Shown here: positions 51,839 to 63,283 of the stretch, piece by piece
Numbering within the stretch: position 1 is the stretch's first letter
How the letters are laid out: the number at the start of each line of letters is the position of its first letter
DNA from: Takakia lepidozioides
Lineage: Eukaryota; Plantae; Bryophyta
Direction of reading: 5' to 3'
Length of the DNA: 64,000 nucleotides
NCBI GenBank assembly: GCA_030704615.1
Contig: CM060732.1
Coordinates: 55,552,001-55,616,000, forward strand
Program-made: the position numbers and the translations under genes
Notes under the pieces: model-generated
Told to the model about the DNA's origin: nothing
Databases searched by the model: none
What the model saw: the letters and a program-made list of their open reading frames with translations, nothing else

Positions 51839-51990
51839 TGCCCCCTTTGGGACCTTTGGGGGGTGGGCCTTATAGGGGCCTTTTGGGGGTTGGGCCCTAT
51901 AAGGGCAAGAACAGGGGGTGGGCCTTTGGGGGTGAGCCACCCCCTTATAGGGCCCTTTTTGGGGGTGGGCTCTATAAGGGCAAGAACAGG
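51839..51990. repeat. G-run-rich imperfect tandem repeat
   Basis: 'tttgggggtgggc.ctataagggcaagaacagg' occurs twice, with further partial units. Confidence 0.7.
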
Positions 51991-54142
51991 CAGAGCCTCC
52001 TGTATCTGGATCTAATGGGTGTTGGTTTCTATTGAGGTGGATATTTTGAAAGCAGTCGTTGATGGATGTGATCCGGATACTTAAAGAACCATGATATGTT
52101 TCTTAGTTCATTTTTGGGTCGTTTATAGGGCAGAAGATTGCACTCTACCTTCCGCCCCAGTAAGATCCTTGCCACGCTGGCAAAATACCTTAGGAAATTC
52201 AGAAGGTACAGAAAAATATCATGGTTCTTTACACAGGAGAAGGGTCTCAAGAGAGACCAGTCTCCTATACTGAAGTTGTTGTGCATAGCATTTTACACTG
52301 TCATTGTGTTCACTCCTCTTGTTGCATCGTTGAATATATCACCTTGGGGCTTAGGTAGAATGGAAAATTTCCTCCCAGGAGCCTTTCAGAAACAGCCCTT
52401 GGCCATGGGCGGGAGCTTCAGGTAAAGGTTGAAGAATTTTGGAAGACTGGCATGAGGTAGATTTTCTTCATAAAAAATTTCCCCTTTTGTGTATTCAATT
52501 TCTGCTAACTTCTCAGCTGGTTGCACTTGTCTTTGTATGTGCATCGTGTATGTTATGCCATCTGGTTGCTTTGTGTAACACCTTGTGTGATTCTGTTCAG
52601 GAAATTAGGTTAAGTTGTGTCTGAGAGCTTTGCTACTTATTTGAAGTGTTAGTGTCGGTTGTTCAGGTTGATAAATCAAGACAGCTTTGCTGATAATTAG
52701 TGTAAAAAGAAAACAAGGTAAAACCTTACCCTGGAAGGCAAAGCCTGGTATGTAAGGTAGGACATGCTGGGAGCTATTTACACTATAAACCTACTTCATT
52801 TGTCAAAGAGAAATAAGGTTGGTAGTCAAACATAGTTCAGTTTATGACCATACACCGGATGCTGTATATAATAACCATGGTTGGTAGAAACTTTCAGTGT
52901 GGTCTCAAATGTCCCCCTGTTTATCACTTGGCATATGTCTGGATTTTGTAATCACTGCTTCCTTTGTCGTCAAGATAGCCTCAGTGCTTGCAGTTATTAA
53001 GGAAGGCCCCAGTGACGCTGGTATGGAAGATGCCAATTCACATTTGAAAAGGCTGGCTTTGGATTTGAAGGATTCGTCTCTTCTCGAGATATTGAGAAGA
53101 GAAAATCCTGTGAAGATGTTATGTCAATGCCCCTAACAGCTGAGCACCACTTACCTCCTTAGAAGTCTCGTATATGCCCCCCATCTTCCAATTAGTCGAT
53201 CAACTGCCCTTCAGCCTGAGAGTCAGTCATCCATTGGCTGGTTTGGAACCGTCTTTATCGCCAATACTTCTCAATTTCCATTACCGTCACAGGATGCAAA
53301 CCTGATTGCAGCGTAGCCAAGCACAGCAGATCACATGTCAAAGATTTTCCTCTTCATACATCTCATCTTTCCTCAACTATAGAGGGATCAAGATTACTTG
53401 AACAATATTCTATTGAAAGCGGATAAAATGGTGTTTAAAATATACAGACCTACTCGTCCTTCACCTGTACATCACATTCAGATTACACCAGGGAATGTAG
53501 AGGAGGTTGGGCAGCAATTTGGGGACACTTACAAACAGGAGAGTTCCTGAAACTTTTACTAAGAAGCCTGCAGTCACATGAACCCTAGACAGGAATTGCA
53601 GCTTCGCCATTTCCATACGCTCCCAGTTCTAAGACTGATCAGGGATTTCATACACACATCAAACCCTCATAGGAGCAGACTGAGGGCAGCATACTTTCTG
53701 CAGACAACTTAGTACCAAAGCTTACATCATCTCCTTGCCAACCTGATGGAAAGGTCCCAACTTCCAGTAATAGATAGTCCCTGGTGCTTGACAGGGTACA
53801 TTGACAAGCTCAAACCACAGAGTGTTACACGAAGCAATAGTCAAGAAGATAATGTGGGGTATCTAAACATGACGGTTTGAAGATGTTAAGACAAGCAGGC
53901 AGACAAGGGTTGCGAATTCTTCTCCTTCAACATAATTCAGTGCATATCTTGGGATGATCTGGTAGAGTTCCACTTGAAGACTGATAATTGGTGCCTCAAT
54001 CCATGGCTCAGTAACCCTATAATCCATCATGGCCCTTGCAAAACTTGCTTTCACACGAGTGACACGTAGTCTCCATGGGCACTTCACAAGAAAACTAATA
54101 AAATGTGCAGCACTGCCACTTTCCAACCTTACGCCATGAATT

Positions 54143-54783
54143 CCATCAAGCCTGCAAACTGAAACCTAATTATCCACCTTGTCAGCTCTATCGTCCTCGA
54201 AGAAGACACTTAATCGTTCTTGCCACAACTGTGTCCCCGATCAATAAAATATCCATCCTGTACACGGATCCCCCAATCCAACCATTATTGGGTATACACA
54301 ACTCCCCTGTGCAAATCCTTAGTGTTCCACTGCGTCTTCCTTCAGCCGGGTTTGAATTCCATCAAGCTCTGCAAACTGAAACCTAATTATCCACCTTGTC
54401 AACTCCATAGTCCTTGAAGAAGACACCTAATCGTTCTTGCCACAACCATGTCCCCGATCAATGAAATATCCACCCTGTACACGGATCCCTCATTCCAACC
54501 ATTACTGGGTATACACAACTCCCCTGTGCAAATCCTTAGTGTTCCACTGCGTCTGCTTTCAGCCGGGTTTGAAATCCATCAGCCTGTCAACTGAAACCTA
54601 ATTATCCACCTTGTCAGCTCCACAGTCCTTGACAAAGATACCTAATCGTTCTTGCCACAACCATGTCCCCGATCGTTGATATATCCACCCTGTACCCGGA
54701 TACCCATTTCGACCAAAGATGGAATACACAATGGCCCTGTACAAATCCTTAGTGTTCCACGACATCTACTATCAGCCGGGTTT
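54143..54783. repeat. Three tandem copies of a ~216-218-bp unit
   Basis: Units start at ~54143, 54359 and 54577 ('ccatca.g..tg.aaactgaaacctaattatccaccttgtca'). Confidence 0.9.
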
Positions 54784-56242
54784 GCATCAATAACCTGTGA
54801 ATAACGGTATGCACATTCACCACATTGAGATCCATGGCCTACACAATCCATTCTTCCTGCTCCAGAGCTTTACACAGTCCAAGTGTTTAGATGCTCATCA
54901 ATAATACGTATGCATATATCCTATACTTTGATCTGTTCTGCAGTCTACCCGAACGAGAGCGAGAGTGAAATCGTAGGGTATTCCAGTGTAACGATCACGT
55001 TAAATCTGTACAGGTGCTGACAGATTACCAGGAGGCTGGAAGAACAGTTTCTGATGAGAATAACCTTATTGCAAAGGCAAAATGCACACACAAATGCTGA
55101 AACCTTTGGCACTGAAAGGCTGGTGGAAGTGAGTTGCAGGGAATCATGTAAATCAGGTGTACGCAGCTATGAAGATGTAGACAGCTTTGATGACACTTAG
55201 CTATCAGCCCAGAGAATGAGTTCAAAGTAGAATAGTGTGGTTGATGTAGGACAGTTATGACATTCCTTTCCCATGATAGGCCAGTAATGTCTACGGATTA
55301 CCATGTGCGGTCGAACAAATGACTGGCTTCCAGAGTCAATGGAGGGTCTTTTGCAGATTGGGACGTTCGCACATTGAGTAAGACTTAGTGACCGCTCCAG
55401 GTGAACAACCTCTGCAACAATCCAAACCCTCTCCAAACCACACTCCTGCACATATTGGGGACAATGTGTGCAGAACCCACATAAGAGCATGAAAGGCTCA
55501 TGAAGATACTGACAGCAGGAATGATGCTCAACCATGTATATAATTCCCGTCCAATATCCAAAGTCAATCCAATGTCGAGTCCCGAGATTAATCTGATCAG
55601 ATCCTAGAACCAATTTAAGACCTCAGTGCGAGCAAGGCCCCTCTGCCGGGATTTGAAGGCTGGTGCTGTGTGCAGGACTGGTGATGGTGACAAATGCTAC
55701 ATCACCTTACAAAACTTTTAATCTATACGGATGGCCATTGCATACGGCAGCCTCCTCAAGGGATGAATACCTCCTATCCTGGTGAATAATTACAGGTCCA
55801 GGTGTAATATATTTACAGAGCCAGTTGTTGTTCCACATATATCACACCTACATGCTAACGATGAGCTGCTCGATGTCACAAAGCGATTGTGTTTGTCTCA
55901 GTCAGCCCCATAAAACCATGCTTCTTTGGACCATCCTTCGACACTCTAAGTGCCGTAGATCCCGCCCCTAGAGTGGTAGCAAAAGGAGCTCCATTGCTGG
56001 CAATCTTCTTCGTCATTTGAAGATGATTCCTGCCATGAACGTTCCAAGAACGCTATTAGAAGTACTCCCAGATCCGTTCACGGAAATATTATGATGCCAG
56101 TAGGCAGTGACGGATCAGTGACAGATCTAAAAGAGTACAGTTGTAATTGTGCATGTGGAAACCGAAGTTTCAATCCCATGATTCAGCAATCATACACTCA
56201 AAAACTTCAGATATCTTCCTCAGGCGGGACGCACCTAGAGAC

Positions 56243-56704
56243 TTACCCATTGGTCGAAGGCAAAACAGCTTCCATTTCCTCGAGTTGAGATCCCAGCACA
56301 ACTCGACTGAGCCTGCTTGATGCCCTAGGAGGACTCCTAGCCTTTAAAGTTGGAGTAGGTCCCGGAACAGAGACCACGTTCTTCACGACAGGTCCTCCGT
56401 TGCTAGCACTTTCAAAGTCCTCTGAAGAAACATCCTTGCTAGTAGGTATCGGTCGTCCAGCCCACTGCTGCTGCTGACGATGCAGGCGACAGCGAAATGA
56501 GCCAGCATGCTTGGTAGGTGCGCAGAGACAGGCCATCTTTGCCGGTGATGTAGACGAACTTGACAAAGAAGATTTTCTTACGGGAGTGCTTGCCAAGGGA
56601 AGTGTGTTGTCAAGAAAGGAGACTCCCCGAGAGCTGTTGGACTTCTTGCCAGAGGACGGGTTCTGCGGCTTCAACACAGTCTTGAGCAGATTCGAAGCGT
56701 GCAT
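56243..56704 (-). CDS. Plant Ser-rich protein with a CLCAPTKHAGSFRCRLHR motif; 5'-UTR intron at 56722-56913
   Basis: Conserved land-plant CxCxPTxHxGSFRCxxH motif. A strong acceptor (tttgtttgcgtag) lies just upstream of the Met at 56704. The stop codon overlaps a possible donor, G|GTAAGT. Confidence 0.8.
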   Translation of the reverse strand: MHASNLLKTVLKPQNPSSGKKSNSSRGVSFLDNTLPLASTPVRKSSLSSSSTSPAKMACLCAPTKHAGSFRCRLHRQQQQWAGRPIPTSKDVSSEDFESASNGGPVVKNVVSVPGPTPTLKARSPPRASSRLSRVVLGSQLEEMEAVLPSTNG

Positions 56705-58096
56705 CTCTACAGCCAGGCTGCCTACGCAAACAAAAAAAACAAACCACAGACTTATAATCGTCAGGTAACTAAAAAGTGCATACATATATCCACAATCTCA
56801 GCAACAATCACACTAATCAATGCGACTTGAAATAAAATGCTAGCAGGCAGAGCATAACGAACACAGAAACAAGAAAAAGCGTAGCAACGGAATCAAGAAG
56901 CAAGATTGCGCACCTTGCTAAGGCACAGACGGCTTAGAGTCCTTGTTCCAGGTCAGATCTGCTGAAAGCCGAACAAAACTGATCAAAAATCCAACAGGAA
57001 AAACTGAGGTAGCGCTGCAGAGCGCGGAACTGTAACCGTCGCTGCGTGCGAGCGGCAGGAAGCGCGGAACGAGAGAGAGCAGGCAGGCGATGGCGGAGGC
57101 GAGAGAGAGCAAACCAAAACGCTTAGACGGGCTCCTGCTCCCCCTTTTATCCTCCCGCGCCCTTCGATCTTTCCCGGCAAGGTCTTCCCGGCCAGAACAT
57201 TCCGTTCACACCCACACAGAAATATGGATGAGATCTCCAATGTGATCATGGATGATGAATCCAGCTATTCCTATCGAGAGCCACGACCGACGGTCCGGTT
57301 AAAGGTGGGTTCATCCAGTGAAAGGCCGTCGCGTAGTTACTAGTTACCAGTCTCCGGGTTGCCTAGTCGTGAGTAGCATACTTTTCACCGGGAGTACGGG
57401 GCGGGATTTGGGCAGCGGGACTTTGGAGCAGACTCCGGGATTCCTTCTCCGGTAGATCTGGGGGCTTTATCGGGACTTGCATGCATGTTATCCGTACGGG
57501 TATATTGTTATTATTATTATTATTAGCTTGCATATAGCCGGGTAAGTCGGTAATTAGTTGACCGGAACCGTGGAGTGTGGGCTACAGCACCGAGGATGTC
57601 TACCTAATCCTAATCCTATTTTGCTCTTGTCTTTTTCAGGACTTTTTCTATTTTATATTACATGAAGAGGTGGATACCTATATTTGGGGTCGCAATGGAT
57701 AGAGCAGGTGTCATCCTGCAATTAGCGACACGTCTGAAAACCCCTTATCTTCACACATATGTCACTTTTGTGGGATCCACGTGATGCTATTCACTGACGA
57801 AGACAGCCATAAGTCATTGCGCGATGAGAATTATTCATCTGTCATTCATCCTTCCAATTCGACCGAGGCCTGACTTGAAGAGGCATCGTGGCGTGCTGGT
57901 ACAGACATGGCGGGAAAGGAAAGGCGCCAAAGCCTGCGATTGGCCCACCGTGCAACGTACGCCCATAATGCTGCCTGGCTGCACGTGGCCAGCTATAAAT
58001 CGAGATGCCAATACGGCACCTCGTGATGTCGAGATGGCGTGAGGGACCGTTTGATGACGGTTCTCACTCAATTAAGATACAGGACCTTTCTTTTAA

Positions 58097-58911
58097 CCCC
58101 TAATGGACGAGGCAGTTTTTGGTGGCCCCTCCATACCCTCACGGATGAGGGAACGACACGGTGGAATGAGCTGAAATTTTCATAGAAGCTGGATGAAGTA
58201 GGTAGCCTCCCATTCATACGGTTCATCCCTGTGGATGTTAGTTTCCTTAGAGATATGGAAGATTATAAGAAATTTGCAAGCCCAAAATTTGAGGTACACT
58301 CCAAATTTAGAGTGGAAAAATGGTTTGACCAGGAAATTGGATCGGCAAAATATTCGCAAGACCCCATCCAGATTCCAATTATGTGGCACCTAAGGCATGT
58401 TGCCCCAAAATTTCAAAGCATAATTCTAAAATCTTGATAAGGTTGCTTTGTATCGAAAAACAGGGGGGTCAAAAATACACCATGAAGCTCAAATGACATG
58501 TATTTCAGGCTTAGGGGGTCGAATTTTCCTTGGAATCACAATTGCTGCGGTGAAAGTGTTCCTTGAATGATGAACTACTACCTCCAAAAAGAAATTCAGA
58601 ATTCTAACAAAGATTTGTATTTGTTTCCATTTGTACTTTTGCCTTGTTGTCACCCCTTCAGCTTGCCACATCACTAAGTCAAACCTGCTGGACGACCAAT
58701 TTTGGGCACCCTTGCACACTAAGAAAATTACTGACGGCAGGGCTTTCATTATTTTAGGGTGCCATAAAGACGGGCAGGTGCATGACATCAAGGTGCACAA
58801 CTGTCGTTCAGAAAGTTTTTTCATCCAAGGTCATCCAACGATTTGCCATCGTGGATGATTTTTGACGTGACCTTGACGCGACCCGAAATGGGTCGCCTCG
58901 TCCATTAGGGG
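58097..58911. mobile_element. piggyBac-type non-autonomous element (815 bp)
   Basis: Perfect 17-bp TIR CCCCTAATGGACGAGGC, flanked by TTAA on both sides (58093-58096 and 58912-58915). Confidence 0.85.
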
Positions 58912-59132
58912 TTAATACTATTAATTACAGTAAATGTATTACATTGAATGTCCTCTTTCACACCGTAGAGGAAGACCATAGGTCATATCAAACTTTAAAA
59001 CTTGGATAAAACAAATTTTCTACCATACAAAGAGCAAAGATGATGCTTGCCCCACACTACATCCAAATTATATTGCACCACAAATATAATGGGCATGTGT
59101 ACCGAATATGACGGGGAGACCTGCATGTTGAG

Positions 59133-59487
59133 CCACACTAATATCCGCGCGCTCAAATCCGTCCAATATCACACCGCACTAATATCTGCCCGCGCTCATA
59201 CCGTCAAATATCACACCGCACTAATATTTGGTGCGCTCAAATCCACACCACACTACTATCCGTGCGCTCAAATCCGTCCAATATCACACCGCACTAATAT
59301 CCGCGCGCTCATACCGTCAAATATTATATCAACTTCTCGCAGAAATGGATATCCAAAACATTTTCCAAAATAAAGAGAGAAAATGAGGCCGGACACCGCA
59401 CTAATATTCGGTGCGCTCAAATCCATCCAATATCACACCGCACTAATATCCGCGTGCTCATCTCATATCGGTCAAATATCACACCGC
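59133..59487. repeat. ~41-bp minisatellite (CACACCGCACTAATATCCGCGCGCTCAAATCCGTCCAATAT), ~7 copies in two blocks
   Basis: Read directly; two alternating unit variants. Confidence 0.85.
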
Positions 59488-61696
59488 CTACTGCCCAAGC
59501 CGGCATAAATATCGCGCCGCAAATATGACCTGCACGTCGAGCTACAAGCGAAAGAGACGTGGGATCAACCAGCTATATGCGGTTGTGCCCATTATCCAAA
59601 CTTCATTTACGCCATTTAGAAAAGTCTGTTATGGTAGGTAGGTTGGATGTATAATTACCTACATGGAATATACAGCATGATGGGACTGTAGCAGGTCTGC
59701 ATTCCTACACGGTTTGACCAATCTGGATAGTCTTGCCCAAGAGTCGAAGTAAAAGCCTCTAGTCAGTGTGAGCGCAACTATTCCTCTAAAACGTCATTCA
59801 TTGACTCAATACTGTCTGTGAATTATAAACAATGCTCTCGCATAAATATATTGAATAAATCTACTGAAAAAAATAAAAAATCTACCGATTGTAAAGATGC
59901 CATCAAATCACCCAGTAAAATAACTCGAGGTTCAATATTTAAAGCTTCATATCTGCTTCCCCAGACACAATCCTGATCGTTGAAAAATTCCCAGATTTGT
60001 CCTCTCATAAAGTAATTACTTCATCGCCAGCTAATTACTTGATCACCTCTCTTATTGCACGTTCGGATGCCCCGGCCCCCCCGCCCCGGGATTCAAATCA
60101 CCAGTAACTAGGCATGGACTACTCTGGCGGTCTCTGCGCCGGCCAGCCTGGCCAGTTATTTCTGGTTCCATCCAAAGCCCTGAAGCTCAGAGATGAAAAC
60201 TGCGCCATTCTTCATCCAACTTCTATACGTACTCTCTCTCTCTCTCTCTCTCTCACCCTGAAACATATAGGCTGGGAATAAATAGGGCGGGCCATAAGGC
60301 ATCATCGCAAATAATTCCCTTTCCTCACATTATTCGTTCCCTGTTATAAGAGCTGGGCCGTTCGCCTTCGTCTTTCTGACCTTTCCAATTAACGCCTTGG
60401 GACCCTTCATTTTGTTAATTAATACAGGTGGCCTTATTACATTGGCCCCCTCTTTTAACTCCTGGACCACGCTAATTCCTGGACCACTCTAGAATTAACC
60501 GGCCCGATTGAAACTGCTTTACATATTAATATCGTTTTCCTTATCCACAGGGTCGGAGAGGGAGAGAGAGAGATTGGATGATGCCGACCGAAGTTAGCCT
60601 AAAAAAGAGCCTCATCCCGTTCCGCGGGTATACTTATCCACAGCCGATATGTGGCCGTAAAATGAAGCTACACGAATGAGTGTCACGGATGGTTTGACCA
60701 CAGGAATAGCTGGCTCAAACAGCAGCTGGTGGCCGACCAGATAATGTTGCATCCTCCATTTGTGGGCCAATGATATAGATTTCTGGATGAGCACGAACCG
60801 ACCCGGTCTGTCCATCCATCCCATGACGGTCTTCCAATCCGTCATCTTTGTACCCTCGCTTGACCATTTCTTTGAAAAGGCTGCCAGGTTCTTCGCTGCA
60901 CGAATATCATCCGTATGTCATTCATCCACTCACCCACAGATGTCGTCGCGAAGGTCGGCCAACTAAAATAAAGGGATAAGTGCACGCAAGAGAAGCCACG
61001 TGTCGCGGGTGTGTTCACACGCGGGTGCTGGGTTTCGATGCCAACAAGTGTCCGCATCGGAATCTTCAGTTTAGTCGGAATCTACAGATGAACCTGCTTT
61101 TCGCCCCCGTCTTGTTCACATACACGCACCGACACTTACCACACGGCAACGAATTCAGATGAAACAAAGTGCGAGGTGCGGAGCTGTGATTGGGATGCGA
61201 AGCGCTTTGTAGCAACAACAACAACCACGGCACTCGCATTCGTTCACAACACCTTGGCCCGCTACAAAAGCCATCACAGCTCGTTAACGAAAAGCTGCCT
61301 GAAAGCATTAAAAGGTGGGGCCACAACGATGGTGCCGTGTACACCCGCCGATGGGATATTGCTCCTCACCTAATCAATCCGCAAGGCCCCACAACATCGC
61401 ATATCTTGAATTCGTTACCTACCTGGATTCAAATTCAAGCTACCAAAACCTGAGCTAGCATGTGGACGCAGAGCTGGAGGTGATAGACTAGTCGGTCCGT
61501 CACGTGATCGCTGGATAACCACCACACTGCAGCTTAAGTTACAGTTACTCCAAACTCTCCAACAGCAGTTGCTAGTTTACAGTGATCTGATGGAAGATCC
61601 GATCGTGGATACAGATTTTTGTGCTAAGTCATCTATAAATCGATTTTGCTGAAAGATTGCGATGTGCAGTAATTCTTCCAACTAAAGCCACACCAA

Positions 61697-61785
61697 CAGT
61701 TAGTAGCTCAGTTGGATAGTGCACTCAGTGCCACCTAGATGATTCTGGGGTCAAATCCTGCTACCTCGATGGCTGTGGTATGTTC
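61697..61785 (+). mobile_element. Truncated tRNA-derived SINE (same family as 26261)
   Basis: A box TAGCTCAGTTGG, B-box-like GGTCAAATCC, and the shared CCTCGATGGCT. Cut off by the hAT-like end. Confidence 0.6.
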
Positions 61786-62040
61786 CAGTGTGGCGCTGGT
61801 AAATCATTTACCCGGATTTGCCCGGCGAGTAAAACAGGGTAAGTCAGGGTAATCAGGATTTACCCGGTTGACCCATTTCATTTACCCTTACACTTACCTT
61901 AAGCCGGGTAAATAATCTGAGCTACCCTTACCCTTACCCGTCTAAAGGGTAAATAATTTCCAATATGTAAAGCAGTTTACCCTTTACATGCGGGTACATA
62001 TATAATTTTTGCAAGGTAAATAGTGAAAGGGTAAGGGAAA
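61786..62040. mobile_element. Probable hAT-like terminal region
   Basis: Begins CAGTGTGGCG, followed by dense GGGTAA/TTACCC subterminal motifs in both orientations. The other end was not found in the window. Confidence 0.5.
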
Positions 62041-62798
62041 AAAAAACTCTTCTTCATGCCTAAGTACTCGAAGGCCTTCACTCATTGACTCAAGCGTCCC
62101 TTGTACAAGCGTCCTCCTTTTAGGGTACCATCTCCAATGGCGTACCATTATCCTACAAACATATTAGGGAATCGGGATGTAGCAAGGGCACACAATCCTG
62201 CGTACATATCGTCTCCGAGGGGGTACCATTATCCTGCATACCATACAAGGGCTTCATTGCAGCAGGTACAAGTACCATTGCCCCTGTGTACCATAGAAAG
62301 GGCATCATTGCAGCAATTAGATTGTAATTTCTCGATAAAGGCACTAGAAGAGGTTTTCGTTTTTATTGGCCTTCACTATAACCCTTAAGGTTACATATGT
62401 GTGTATGATACCAAGGGTGTCAATCTCCTTACCATAAAAAGGCTTCACTCGGTGCACAAATGCACCACTTTCCTGGTGCATAAAAGGGCTTCAATGGCTG
62501 AGTTTGTAGAGGAATTCGAGGGTTTGGTAGACTCTCATCCATGATGTTGATGAGAGAATTGCTCTTGATTAGGATGACACTTTATATGGAAGTTGCGTGG
62601 AGGGGAATTCATATAGATATGTCATCCTATCAGCCCTAGACCTTAACAGTATATGTTACATTACATGGTCGTTCATTATTATCTTTGGTGTCATGAATAG
62701 ATCGTGGTCATCCCTCATATTATTCACAACATATGCTACAGTCGGCCTCATACTACACCAAAAAATAGACCATAAACTGAAAGTGTAGATAATTTATC

Positions 62799-62983
62799 TG
62801 TCGCGCGCATACATATCGCTACACAACTACATCGCTGTCTAAAACCACACAACATATGTGCACACCAAACACTAGTCTATCACTAGTCCACCACTAGTGC
62901 ACCACTAGGCTGCCACTAGACAACCACTAGCCACCACTAGTGCAGCCACTAGTCCACCACTAGGCTGCCACTAGTCCATCACA
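62799..62983 (-). mobile_element. Isolated short LTR (TG...CA, 185 bp) of the adjacent gypsy family
   Basis: Near-identical to 63284-63446 with two extra 11-bp CCACTAG-containing units. No TSD seen. Confidence 0.8.
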
Positions 62984-63283
62984 ATGATAAGGAAAGAAAT
63001 AATGCAAACATACAAGCTCTCTCAAACTCACACACTCGCACATGAACAAATCACTCATATATTAAGTCGATGGGGAATCCACACTACGGCGCCATAGCGA
63101 GACGCGGTGAGGCTCAACTCGAGAAAGATGAGCCCACCGCGATCTGTCGTGAAGATAACAACATCAGGTGCCCAAACATGTATTGGCCCCTGGATTGACA
63201 CTTGGATCAATCCCAAATGTCAATATATAAAAGCTAGCTATTTCCTAGCTAACTTCACACTTGTAGTAAAATAACTTGACAGT

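Noticed and set aside
57066-57085. miR535-like sequence (AACGAGAGAGAGCA), and a miR529-like GA tract near 60230
   Set aside because: Only partial matches within GA microsatellites, with no complementary hairpin arm.
61880-61950. Interstitial telomeric repeat
   Set aside because: The motif is TTACCC/GGGTAA in mixed orientations, not a tandem TTTAGGG array; it fits TE subterminal repeats better.
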